DNA of 64,000 nucleotides from the NCBI GenBank assembly GCA_001829315.1, contig MIAY01000031.1, positions 18,040 through 82,039 on the forward strand, read 5' to 3'. A program made the position numbers and the translations under genes. Source of the DNA: Spirochaetes bacterium GWE1_32_154. Lineage in GTDB: Bacteria; Spirochaetota; GWE2-31-10. The notes under the pieces were generated by a model, which saw nothing but the letters and a program-made list of their open reading frames with translations, made no database searches and was not told the DNA's origin. Numbering within the stretch: position 1 is the stretch's first letter; the number at the start of each line of letters is the position of its first letter. This document shows, one piece after another, positions 50,143 through 59,508 of this stretch.

Positions 50143-51757
50143 AACTATAATACTTCTTGTGTAATTCCTTAATATCTTCAGATTCCAGATATTCATCATA
50201 ATCCATAATTTTATCAATTATACCCTTAGGAGTTATTTCAATAATTCGAGTTGCAATTGTACTTACAAACTGATGATCCTGAGATACAAATAAAATAGAT
50301 TCTTTATATGCAGTTAAACCATTATTTAATGCAGTAATTGACTCAAGGTCTAAATGATTTGTTGCCTCATCAAGCATAAGAAAGTTTGCATCCGTTAACA
50401 TCATTCGAGAAAGCATACATCGCACACGTTCCCCTCCTGATAAAACTTTTGCACTTTTTAATGCTTCATCACCAGAGAATAACATTCTGCCAAGAAAACT
50501 TCTCATGTAGGTTTCTTCTGTATTTTTAGAAAACTGTTTAAGCCATTCAACAAGAGATAAATCACACCCGTCAAAAAATTTACTGTTATCTTTCGGAAAA
50601 TAAGACCATGTTATAGTCTGCCCCCACGTATATGTTCCAGAATCAGCCTTTTCTTCACCGGCTAAAATTTTAAACAACATCGTCTTTGCTAAACCATCAG
50701 GCCCTATTAATGCAACTTTGTCGCCTCTTTGTAAAAAAAATGAAACATTATTAAGAACTTTAACACCGTCAACTGTTTTTGTTAGATTCTCAACTCTCAA
50801 AATTTCCTTACCGGCTTCTCTTTCAGGAACAAAAGCAATATATGGGAATTTCCTTGAAGATGGTTTTAAATCATCAAGATCTATTTTATCAAGTATTTTC
50901 TTTCGGGATGTTGCCTGTTTAGATTTTGATGCATTAGAACTGAATCGTCTGATAAAATCTTTTAACTCGGCAATTTTTTCTTCTTTCTTTTTGTTATCAT
51001 CTTTAAGCTGTTTTCTTAATAACTGGCTTGATTCATACCAGAAATCATAGTTACCGGAATAGAGTGACAATTTTCCGAAATCAATATCCGCAATACTTGT
51101 ACAAACTTTATTTATAAAATGTCTGTCATGAGAAACAACAATAACTGTATTTTCGAAATTGATTAAAAAATCTTCAAGCCACTTGATTGAATCCATATCA
51201 AGATGATTTGTCGGCTCATCCATTAAAAGAATATCAGGATTACCAAACAAAGCCTGGGCGATTAACACCCGAACCTTATCCCCACCCTCAAGCTCTATCA
51301 TTTTTTTATTATGAAGTTCTTCAGGAATACCTAAACCGGATAATAATTTTGCAGCATCATTTTCAGCTTCCCAACCGCCTAATTCAGCAAACTCACCTTC
51401 AAGCTCGCTTGCTCTAATACCGTCAGCATCAGAGAAATCAGCTTTACTGTAGATATCATCTTTTTCTTTCATTATATCATAAAGTTTTTTATATCCCATT
51501 ATAACGGTTTCTAAAACATTGAATTCATCAAATACATAATGATCCTGTCTCAAACAGGCCATTCTTTTACCTTTTTCAATGATAACTTCCCCGGAAGTTG
51601 GCTCTAATTCCCCGGAAAGAACCTTAAGAAAAGTAGATTTCCCGGCACCGTTAGCACCAATTAATCCATAACAATTTCCATGTGAAAACTTAACATTAAC
51701 ATCTTTAAAGAGAATTCTCTTGCCAAATTGAATAGTTACATCTGCAGCTTGTATCAT
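50141..51757 (-). CDS. ABC-F family ATPase (YbiT/YkpA-like)
   Basis: Two ABC domains, GANGAGKST, DEPTNHLD, LSGGE, no TM segment. Confidence 0.92.
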   Translation of the reverse strand: MIQAADVTIQFGKRILFKDVNVKFSHGNCYGLIGANGAGKSTFLKVLSGELEPTSGEVIIEKGKRMACLRQDHYVFDEFNVLETVIMGYKKLYDIMKEKDDIYSKADFSDADGIRASELEGEFAELGGWEAENDAAKLLSGLGIPEELHNKKMIELEGGDKVRVLIAQALFGNPDILLMDEPTNHLDMDSIKWLEDFLINFENTVIVVSHDRHFINKVCTSIADIDFGKLSLYSGNYDFWYESSQLLRKQLKDDNKKKEEKIAELKDFIRRFSSNASKSKQATSRKKILDKIDLDDLKPSSRKFPYIAFVPEREAGKEILRVENLTKTVDGVKVLNNVSFFLQRGDKVALIGPDGLAKTMLFKILAGEEKADSGTYTWGQTITWSYFPKDNSKFFDGCDLSLVEWLKQFSKNTEETYMRSFLGRMLFSGDEALKSAKVLSGGERVRCMLSRMMLTDANFLMLDEATNHLDLESITALNNGLTAYKESILFVSQDHQFVSTIATRIIEITPKGIIDKIMDYDEYLESEDIKELHKKYYS

Positions 51758-51908
51758 TTATTTTCCTTGATTGTGTGGCATGTTTATACATTCGATGCCG
51801 TACTGATAAAAATAGTCAATACAAAATAAGTATCGACTATTTTTAAAAGTTATATTATTTTAAAGATAATGTGTCAAGTATAGGTTTGATATGATTTTAA
51901 GCGTTTTT

Positions 51909-52742
51909 CTATCTTTCAGCACCAACAATCCAGACTTTTTGAACCGGTGTTAATTTACCATCACCCCATAAGACGAGTAAATTCCTTATTGCTGATGCTG
52001 AGAATACAACTTTTTCTCCAATTTGTAATTGTATTACTGACTCTCTTTTCAAAATAGATTTAGGTATTAAATCCCGAAACTCTTTGCTTTCAACAATATC
52101 AATTAATACTTTAGCCGGAATCATATTTGTTTGATAAGCTACTTTAAAAAATTCGTGTGAAACACCATTTCCTTTTGAAAGTTTATCAATCACTATTGTA
52201 TTTACGGTAAGTTTATCTATTAAATGATAACGGTAATCTTTTTCATCACCAGAAACAAATTCGCCAAGAGAATGAAAATTCTGTTCATTTAATACAATTT
52301 TTTTTTCTTCATTAACAATTGTTTTTACTCTAACAGGTTCAATCGCTGTATTTATTTTTTTGACCTCAATTGTCTTAGAAATAATGACCGGTTTGCTAAT
52401 ATTTTTTTGAGATGTTTGAGATTTATTCTTCGCAGGAATTATCTGTTCGATTTTCATACTATTTTCATTAGTTGCTTCAGAAATTTTATTTTTTATAACT
52501 ATCGATTGATTTAATGTAGCTATTTCAGGTTGTGGTTCTTTTTTAGTGACCATGTTCTCTGGTTTTATAGTATCAACAGGAACTCCGGTCTTTTCAATAT
52601 TTTTCAATACCGGTGTATAACGTGCATAATTTGTAGATTCGGACTCAAACCAGCCAAAATAATATTTTCCAACAAGTATTATCAATATTACAGAGGTAAT
52701 TATTCCCATAATTATATAAATGTCTATGTATCTCCGATTCAT
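51909..52742 (-). CDS. Hypothetical membrane-anchored protein
   Basis: N-terminal TM, K/I/E-rich linker, globular C-terminus; ATG 52742 after AAGGCGG. Confidence 0.65.
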   Translation of the reverse strand: MNRRYIDIYIIMGIITSVILIILVGKYYFGWFESESTNYARYTPVLKNIEKTGVPVDTIKPENMVTKKEPQPEIATLNQSIVIKNKISEATNENSMKIEQIIPAKNKSQTSQKNISKPVIISKTIEVKKINTAIEPVRVKTIVNEEKKIVLNEQNFHSLGEFVSGDEKDYRYHLIDKLTVNTIVIDKLSKGNGVSHEFFKVAYQTNMIPAKVLIDIVESKEFRDLIPKSILKRESVIQLQIGEKVVFSASAIRNLLVLWGDGKLTPVQKVWIVGAER

Positions 52743-52856
52743 AAGATACCGCCTTATTAAAGAGTAAGATACTAGTATTTTCGGAATAAAGCGTGAATAC
52801 TTAATAGAAAAGTTAAAATAATCGAAACTGGAAACCAATTTAACCAATAAATAGTA

Positions 52857-52902
52857 GAGCCTCTTGCAAAAATTGTGTACTCATGATTTTTGCAAGAGGC
52901 TC
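52857..52902. repeat. Short perfect-hairpin copy of the repeat family
   Basis: GAGCCTCTTGCAAAAAT-TGTGTACTCATG-ATTTTTGCAAGAGGCTC, a 17-bp perfect inverted repeat. Confidence 0.85.
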
Positions 52903-52960
52903 AGTATATAAGTAATAAAAAGTAACTCTAAAAAACCAGATATATAGAGGTGTCCTGAAC

Positions 52961-53761
52961 TCAATTATTGGCGTTTGATATTTTCCATTTTGCTTTAACT
53001 GATTGAAGAATCCCATTTTTTTGTATAACTTCATATCCTCTATCAAATTCATCGAGTAATAACTTGGATTTTGTGTTATTTTTTAAACCCATCATAAATT
53101 CATCCGAATAGTCAAATGGCGGTAATTTTTTAAAAACATTCAACATACCGGCTTTCGTTAATTCATAATCATATGATATCTCATACCCGACAACACCATC
53201 AACACGCCCTAAATTGAGATTTTGTAAACCAATAATAATTTCAGTATTTGAAACCTTTTTAAAAAAATCAGCCGTCTCAAAACGTTGACCAAACGACCAC
53301 TCTCTCATTGTTCCAATAGTTAAACCACTTAGTGATTTTAGTCCATCCCATTGAAGGGGAGAATCTTTTCTTACATAAATCACAAATTGTTGTCTATCAA
53401 CAGGATTTTTTGAAAAATAGTACAATTCCCCCCTGCCATCCGTCTTTACAGCAGGAAAACACAAATCAACCTGATTGTTTTCTAAATAATTCATAACCCT
53501 GACCCAAGGAACCAATTCAAGCTGTATAGTATAATCAACGGCAGCAAAACTTTCCCTGACAACATCCCAACTTATTCCTTTAAATGATTTTGCATCCATA
53601 CCGGGAGGTATACTATTACTCACCGATGCAGTCCCGGCTGGTTCGTCAAAACAAAATGGAGGATAACCTGTTAATGTTGCAATTTTTACAATTTTATCGG
53701 AAGACCATCCTGAAACGTGTATTAAGGTTAATAAAGTAAAAATAATAGATTTTGTTTTCAT
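52961..53761 (-). CDS. Substrate-binding protein family 3
   Basis: Signal peptide; YPPF, GISWDVV, PWVR, L.LGRVD. Confidence 0.85.
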   Translation of the reverse strand: MKTKSIIFTLLTLIHVSGWSSDKIVKIATLTGYPPFCFDEPAGTASVSNSIPPGMDAKSFKGISWDVVRESFAAVDYTIQLELVPWVRVMNYLENNQVDLCFPAVKTDGRGELYYFSKNPVDRQQFVIYVRKDSPLQWDGLKSLSGLTIGTMREWSFGQRFETADFFKKVSNTEIIIGLQNLNLGRVDGVVGYEISYDYELTKAGMLNVFKKLPPFDYSDEFMMGLKNNTKSKLLLDEFDRGYEVIQKNGILQSVKAKWKISNANN

Positions 53762-53808
53762 TATTTAATCCTTTTTTCATTAAAAATATAAAGGCTCTAC
53801 TATCACAC

Positions 53809-54462
53809 TTAAGAAGCATTTCTAAAAATTACTTTAAAAATGGTTATTGCCTTCACTGTTTTAAAACCATATTCTTTTAATAACTCACTACATCGATTTA
53901 TTGTAGAACCCGTAGTATAAATATCATCTATTAATACTACATTTTTATCATTTTTCACAATTATTTTATTATTTATATAAAAATCATTTTTTACTTTCTC
54001 TATTCGATCCTGTTTTGATCGTAATTTTTGTTTACCTGTAAATAACTTTTTCATTAAAATATTATCACAGACAGTATAGCCGTCCTTTTTAAAATAAGTA
54101 GCTAAATAACTGAATGCCGACTTCCCTTTAAAAAATCTTTTCACCAATGAATCAGGAACAACAATAACTATATCCTCCTTTGAAATCATAAAATATTTTT
54201 TTATTAACTGATAATATAATTGTATTACCCCCCAATCACCTTGTTTTTTATTCAACATAACAAGTGATTTACAATATGAATAATAAAACTGAATAAAAGA
54301 ATAATTATCATAATGAACTATATCAAAATGATCAAATTTTTCTTCTGATAGATCATGATAAAAAGAACCGATACAGCTATCACAAACCTTTTCCATATTT
54401 GTCAATACCTTACCACATAAATAACACCTGAAATCTGACAAAATCATACACAATTTCTTCAT
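53809..54462 (-). CDS. comF: ComF family protein
   Basis: CxxC...CxxC N-terminus; Q....R; LIDDIYTTGSTI. Confidence 0.8.
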   Translation of the reverse strand: MKKLCMILSDFRCYLCGKVLTNMEKVCDSCIGSFYHDLSEEKFDHFDIVHYDNYSFIQFYYSYCKSLVMLNKKQGDWGVIQLYYQLIKKYFMISKEDIVIVVPDSLVKRFFKGKSAFSYLATYFKKDGYTVCDNILMKKLFTGKQKLRSKQDRIEKVKNDFYINNKIIVKNDKNVVLIDDIYTTGSTINRCSELLKEYGFKTVKAITIFKVIFRNAS

Positions 54463-54643
54463 AATTTACCTTCCTATACATAAGCCTCACATATTAAATA
54501 ATAAAAATAGTCTTTTTCTATTAACTTTTTTAAAAATAAACCGAAATATTTGATGAAAACGTACAATAAATTAAAATTTATATTGATTTAGAATTTATTT
54601 TATACTAAAATCACTTAGTTTGTTACCTTGGGGAGGGAAATAA

Positions 54644-55225
54644 ATGAATATTACATCAGACAAGATTATTTCAAATTCAAATGACTACCAAAAGAAAATC
54701 AAAGAAGACGATTCTCTGTCAATTACAAAGATCAATAAAAATAAAATGTCAGAAAAATTACTTAAAGATTTTTCAACTGTCAGCAGCAGTGATTCGTATA
54801 TTAAAGCTAAAATTATTAACAATAATATTAGATTAACGAACTATGAGAACAACATATCAAAAAATCAATTTATTAATACTAAATTAGAAGAACTTAATTC
54901 ACTTGTTAAACATGAAAAAAATGATGATGCATGGAAGATTATTGATGAAACAAAATTCGACAATAAAAATATTCTGTCAGATCGTTTTACAAAAAATGCG
55001 CCTCTAATAGAGCAAATTGACTACTTTAAAACTGTTAACAATATAGATAAAGCAAACCTTGAAAAAGAATTTATGTCAATACAAATTGCCAGTCAAAATC
55101 TATCAAGTGTTTCATCAAATGTAAAATCTGTTAATCAGGAATACAACACAGCTGATAATATTTCTTCAAAATCAATAAAAAATATGAATATTGACAGTAA
55201 AAGAGTTATGGAACTTATTATATAA
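54644..55225 (+). CDS. Hypothetical protein, degenerate flagellin-like
   Basis: GGGAGG RBS; IIDETKFDNKNIL, IQIASQNLSS and NIDSKRVMELII echo flagellin D1/D0 motifs. Confidence 0.55.
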   Translation: MNITSDKIISNSNDYQKKIKEDDSLSITKINKNKMSEKLLKDFSTVSSSDSYIKAKIINNNIRLTNYENNISKNQFINTKLEELNSLVKHEKNDDAWKIIDETKFDNKNILSDRFTKNAPLIEQIDYFKTVNNIDKANLEKEFMSIQIASQNLSSVSSNVKSVNQEYNTADNISSKSIKNMNIDSKRVMELII

Positions 55226-55282
55226 CGTTAGCATATCTCTAAAAAATTGGATAAAAAAACGAGCAAGCTTAAATAACAATAC

Positions 55283-56374
55283 TTATTTACTCTTGTTCGT
55301 TTTTTTTTCAATTACTTTAAGTATCTCATCAAAATATTCTATATCATTTTGAGTTATATTGCTTTCATTATCAAGTTTTTTGTTAATTAGTGTTAACAAT
55401 CTTAGTAAATCATCAATCCCCAAATCAGTAAGTGTGCCAATATCCGGCAAAATATCCATTTTAGTATCTTTTATTATAACTTCCTGTTTAGCTTCCTGTT
55501 TAACTTCTTTTGTAACTTCAGGTGTTACAGAAATATTTTCAGTAACACCTGATTTGTTTTGTATGAAAAAATCCCTTGATATTTCGGAATCAATTTTAAC
55601 AGGTACATTTCTATATTCAACAAATAATGCTGAATCATTAAATGAAAAACGCCCCCAATTGAAAGACTCTCCTTCTTTAACCATATAAACACCTTGTCTT
55701 TCAGATACTTTTTTCCAATTAGCCATAAAAACTCTATACGGTCTTGTTTCCTGACTTCCATCAAAATAAAATTTTATCTGATCTGTTTTTGTTATTGAGT
55801 CGGATGCTATATAAGAAGGAACTGTATTTCCGCTAAATTCTATTTCAGAATTTACTGCGATATCTCCCGGTAATATAAAATGTGAATTCGTGTTTTCACC
55901 AAGATAGGTATCAAAACAAAATAATGATGATACGGTCAGTGATTGACTGCTTAGATTAATTACTTTTACATTTATTTTTAAAGCATCATATAATTCAGAA
56001 TCCATTTTTATAAAACTATAATTTAAAACAATCCTGACAACCTGATTTGACCATTCATACACAACACTATTATCGACTATTTGAATTGAAGATTTATTTA
56101 ATCCACCACCCATTCCAAAATCCAATACCTCATTATTCAAATAAAACCGCATAAAATTAGTGGAAGGATAATCATTAAAAAATAATGCTTCCCAACGATT
56201 TTCAATATTACTCGAAACATTGAACCTGCCGTTATCATCCCACACTGTTAATTTGAGATTTTTTGCAATCAACGTTTTAGCACCTGCTTTTACACTTGTA
56301 TTATCAGGATCCTTGCAATATATTGAGGTAAATACAAATGAAAAAGTTAATAAAAGAAATATTCTTCTATTCAT
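55283..56374 (-). CDS. Hypothetical exported protein
   Basis: Signal peptide; FDTYLGE..HF, ANWK and DSA motifs; overlaps the upstream TPR gene. Confidence 0.7.
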   Translation of the reverse strand: MNRRIFLLLTFSFVFTSIYCKDPDNTSVKAGAKTLIAKNLKLTVWDDNGRFNVSSNIENRWEALFFNDYPSTNFMRFYLNNEVLDFGMGGGLNKSSIQIVDNSVVYEWSNQVVRIVLNYSFIKMDSELYDALKINVKVINLSSQSLTVSSLFCFDTYLGENTNSHFILPGDIAVNSEIEFSGNTVPSYIASDSITKTDQIKFYFDGSQETRPYRVFMANWKKVSERQGVYMVKEGESFNWGRFSFNDSALFVEYRNVPVKIDSEISRDFFIQNKSGVTENISVTPEVTKEVKQEAKQEVIIKDTKMDILPDIGTLTDLGIDDLLRLLTLINKKLDNESNITQNDIEYFDEILKVIEKKTNKSK

Positions 56375-57272
56375 TACCGCTCTCCCTTTTTCGTAATTGT
56401 TCCTCAAGTAATTTAAGAGCTTGCTCTTTTCTATCTAATAATTGTGCTTTTAATTCAAGTTCTTTTGCTCTTTCACTTGTATCGGATACAAAATAATTTC
56501 CGGTAACCGGTAAACCTTTTTCAAGTTCTACAATTTTTTTTCGTAACTCTTCGTTTTCACTTCTTAATTTTCTTTCAATTTCAGGATCAATGTTCTTACC
56601 GCTTCTTAATGATTCGAGTGCCTGCAATAATGATAATTCATTAATTTTAAATTGATTAACGCTTGAAAGATATTGCTCATTTGACCATTTAATTATATTT
56701 TGTAAAACTAATTCAGTTTTTTTATGCTCAATCAATCGTAATTTAAAAACTGATGCTTCATACTTAATTGTCCCGGGGAATTTCTCTGTTACAACCGTAA
56801 AATATAAAATAGCATCATCAAACCTGCCTAACGCATAAAAACACTCACCAAGCCAGTAATATGAATTAGAAATCATTCTATTACCCGGGTAACTTTTAAT
56901 AAATGAATCAAGAATATCTATTGATTCTAAATACTTCTCAGATAGAAAAAAATTAACTCCCCGCTGATAGAGAGCATCAACATAATGAGCTCCTTTTTTT
57001 CCGTATATTCTTAAATAATACTCTAAATTATTTTCTGCAAGTTTATATTTACCCGTATTAATAAATGCCAACCCCAGCCAATAATACGACTCCATTCTAA
57101 CATTTTCATTATCAGATGATAAAATTATCTCTCTAAAAAGAATAATTGCATCTTCTACACGTCCCTGATTAAAAAGATTTCTTGCTTTAGATTCTTCCGC
57201 AGTCCAGTTTTTAATATCTGCAAACACGAAAATAGATTGTAATAAAAGACAAATAAGAATAATCTTTTTCAA
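56367..57272 (-). CDS. TPR protein (CpoB/BamD-like) with coiled-coil tail
   Basis: Signal peptide; YYWLG and F..SYP...SYYWLGE TPR repeats. Confidence 0.8.
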   Translation of the reverse strand: MKKIILICLLLQSIFVFADIKNWTAEESKARNLFNQGRVEDAIILFREIILSSDNENVRMESYYWLGLAFINTGKYKLAENNLEYYLRIYGKKGAHYVDALYQRGVNFFLSEKYLESIDILDSFIKSYPGNRMISNSYYWLGECFYALGRFDDAILYFTVVTEKFPGTIKYEASVFKLRLIEHKKTELVLQNIIKWSNEQYLSSVNQFKINELSLLQALESLRSGKNIDPEIERKLRSENEELRKKIVELEKGLPVTGNYFVSDTSERAKELELKAQLLDRKEQALKLLEEQLRKRESGNE

Positions 57273-57320
57273 AATACACCTCTATAATTCTTATCGGGTG
57301 ACATATTGTATAATCTTTAG

Positions 57321-57360
57321 GAGCTTCTGCAAAAATCAATCAGAGTATTTTTGCAGAAGT
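57321..57360. repeat. Short hairpin copy of the repeat family
   Basis: GAGCTTCTGCAAAAAT-CAATCAGAGT-ATTTTTGCAGAAGT. Confidence 0.7.
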
Positions 57361-57372
57361 ATTGGTGTATCG

Positions 57373-58104
57373 TTATTTGCCTTCATCAAGCTCGCTTAAT
57401 CTTTTCGTTACATTCAATAAATCTTCTTCAAGTACATCAATTCGTTGTTTTCTATTTTCAGAAACCATTTTTTCTTCTTCAAGATCTTTCGCTAATTTAT
57501 CTACCATAATTTCAAAGTCTTCAATAACATTAAAAACATCTTCCATAGCATCAGTATAAAGTTCTTTTGCTTTTTTCGGATCTTTTTTACTTAATTCTTT
57601 AAGATTAAAAAATGCTATTGTTGTCCCGTCCTCTCCGGCTAATACATCTGCTGTTCTTACCTGATTCACAAGAAGTGCCGCAGCTCCGAAACTATCCCCG
57701 GGTTTATAATAATGCGGCTTTGCCTTATTAACAAAAGCACTGCCCTTAACAACTTCACAAATAGTTGTAGCTAATTCACCTTTACTTAATACAAAGTCAC
57801 CTTTTTTATATTCTTTATATTTTATTGCTTCACTTTGATTACTGTAACTTTTTTTCAAACTACCGACAGATTCATAAATACCACTGATTTTTCTAACTAT
57901 CGGACTTTCCAATGTATGTTTAGAACCATAAATGGAATCATGCTTAGTTCTAGCCTGTCCTATAGCAAATCGTACTGACTCAGTCTCTACATCTTCTTCT
58001 GTCAACCCCATGATATTCTGATCAACTACAAATGAATGTTCGAATGGGCATCCCGGATGTTTACATTTTACTTTGAATTCACCTTTTACTAATTTGAAAG
58101 CCAT
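57373..58104 (-). CDS. Cyclic-nucleotide-binding domain protein with N-terminal Cys/His cluster and C-terminal coiled coil
   Basis: YKKGDFV..KGE...V.KG....PGDSFG.AAL....RTADV.A cNMP motif; CKHPGC..H..KH..KH; GGAGG RBS before ATG 58104. Confidence 0.8.
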   Translation of the reverse strand: MAFKLVKGEFKVKCKHPGCPFEHSFVVDQNIMGLTEEDVETESVRFAIGQARTKHDSIYGSKHTLESPIVRKISGIYESVGSLKKSYSNQSEAIKYKEYKKGDFVLSKGELATTICEVVKGSAFVNKAKPHYYKPGDSFGAAALLVNQVRTADVLAGEDGTTIAFFNLKELSKKDPKKAKELYTDAMEDVFNVIEDFEIMVDKLAKDLEEEKMVSENRKQRIDVLEEDLLNVTKRLSELDEGK

Positions 58105-58132
58105 TACTTTCCTCCATAACTTGTTTTTTTTT

Positions 58133-58252
58133 GGCTCTTGCAAAAATCATGAGTACATTTTTTTTACTCCCGCCGTTACGCAATAAAATTGCGTTATAGA
58201 TAGCCTTATACAAAAATACGAAATTTAAAAAAGTATTTTTATATAAGGCTCT
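58133..58252 (-). repeat. MITE/REP-like palindromic element, long diverged copy
   Basis: GGCTCTTGCAAAAATCATGAGTAC...AGCCTTATACAAAAATAC-N13-GTATTTTTATATAAGGCTCT. Confidence 0.8.
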
Positions 58253-58261
58253 TTTAATAAA

Positions 58262-59503
58262 TTAATACTCGACATCTTCTAATAAATCTGAAACATTAAC
58301 AAATGCTGAAACAATATCCGGATCAAATTGCTTACCGGACTCTTTACGTATTATCTCAAGTGCTTCCTTATGAGTTCGCGGAACTGTATATGATCTATTC
58401 CCGCGAATAGCATCATATGTATCTGCAACTGCAACAATCCTCGCTGAAACCGGTATATTTTTCCCGGCCAATCCTTCGGGATAGCCTTTTCCATCCCATC
58501 GCTCGTGATGATATAAACAAATATCATACGGTATATTCAAAAAATGTATATATGATGAATAGTTAGGATCAGCACTCAGAAAGTCAATTATTTTTTTTAT
58601 ATAATTCGCACCAATAACAGTATGAGTTGTTATTATTTTTTTCTCATCACTCGTTAACTCTGTTTCTTTTGATAACAAATAGTTAGGAACCCCCATTTTA
58701 CCTATATCATGTAGCACTGAGGTATAATTTATATCCTTAACATACTCACCCTTGTCATAACCCGGTTCATCAATAAACCCCATTCGCAAACACTCATCAG
58801 AGATAAAACCTGTTATTTCCTGAATACGCTTTAAATGATCTGATGTTTCTTTATTATACTCTTCAATCAGCGAGCAAATAAGAAATATTAGGATAATTTT
58901 ATGAACTTCTATATTTTTCTTTGCCTGTTGAAGAAATAAATTACTGATCGATAATGACTTAATAACACTATCTGTATTTTGTATATAATTTAATTCAATT
59001 TCAGATGTCATATCACGAATATTAAGAAAATAAAAATAGTCTTTTCGTTCGGTAATATATTTTATTTTACCAAAAAACTCAAAATGCACATAGGGATGTA
59101 TATGCTCGTTCTCAATAAAATAATTTTTGATCATAATCGGAAAATGAAAAGGTTTAATCGGTATTTCTTTTTGAGATTTATCCAAAGTGGGGAAAAAATT
59201 TGAAAAAAGAGTATCAATGTAAAATGATTGAGACAACTCTTCTTTTGTCATTTCAATTTCATCAAGAAATTCCTGTGAAACATTGACAATATGTTTTTTA
59301 CTATTAAAAACAATTTGATATTTATCTTCAATTATCTTATTTGATAAATCTTTAACTGTTTTATTACTTAAAGCTCTTAGATTTATATAGTTTCTTTTTA
59401 AAGTGACATAACGCTTCATGACGCGTCCAAGAATAATCCTATTCTTTTTGAATAATTTAAGAAGATAATTATATTTTTCTACAATTTTATCTTTTTCAGC
59501 CAT
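58262..59503 (-). CDS. HD-GYP domain phosphodiesterase
   Basis: ETSDH, HDIGK, HHERWDGKGYP, ADTYDA; unrecognised N-terminal region. Confidence 0.9.
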   Translation of the reverse strand: MAEKDKIVEKYNYLLKLFKKNRIILGRVMKRYVTLKRNYINLRALSNKTVKDLSNKIIEDKYQIVFNSKKHIVNVSQEFLDEIEMTKEELSQSFYIDTLFSNFFPTLDKSQKEIPIKPFHFPIMIKNYFIENEHIHPYVHFEFFGKIKYITERKDYFYFLNIRDMTSEIELNYIQNTDSVIKSLSISNLFLQQAKKNIEVHKIILIFLICSLIEEYNKETSDHLKRIQEITGFISDECLRMGFIDEPGYDKGEYVKDINYTSVLHDIGKMGVPNYLLSKETELTSDEKKIITTHTVIGANYIKKIIDFLSADPNYSSYIHFLNIPYDICLYHHERWDGKGYPEGLAGKNIPVSARIVAVADTYDAIRGNRSYTVPRTHKEALEIIRKESGKQFDPDIVSAFVNVSDLLEDVEY

Positions 59504-59508
59504 AATAC

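Noticed and set aside
52840-53052. 70-aa minus-strand ORF
   Set aside because: Overlaps the substrate-binding protein gene out of frame and reads through the repeat hairpin (MSTQFLQEAL is repeat-derived)
57291-57319. sigma28 promoter upstream of the TPR gene (TAAA...CCCGATAA)
   Set aside because: The -10 box is good but the spacer is 17 bp instead of about 15; too uncertain to call
58105-58143. N-terminal extension MQEPKKNKLWRKV of the cNMP protein
   Set aside because: The TTG start lies inside the repeat; GGAGG precedes the ATG at 58104
132-58252. Palindromic repeats as a CRISPR array or integron attC sites
   Set aside because: Copies are dispersed rather than tandem with unique spacers; there are no cas or intI genes; they lack RYYYAAC/GTTRRRY ends and flank housekeeping genes
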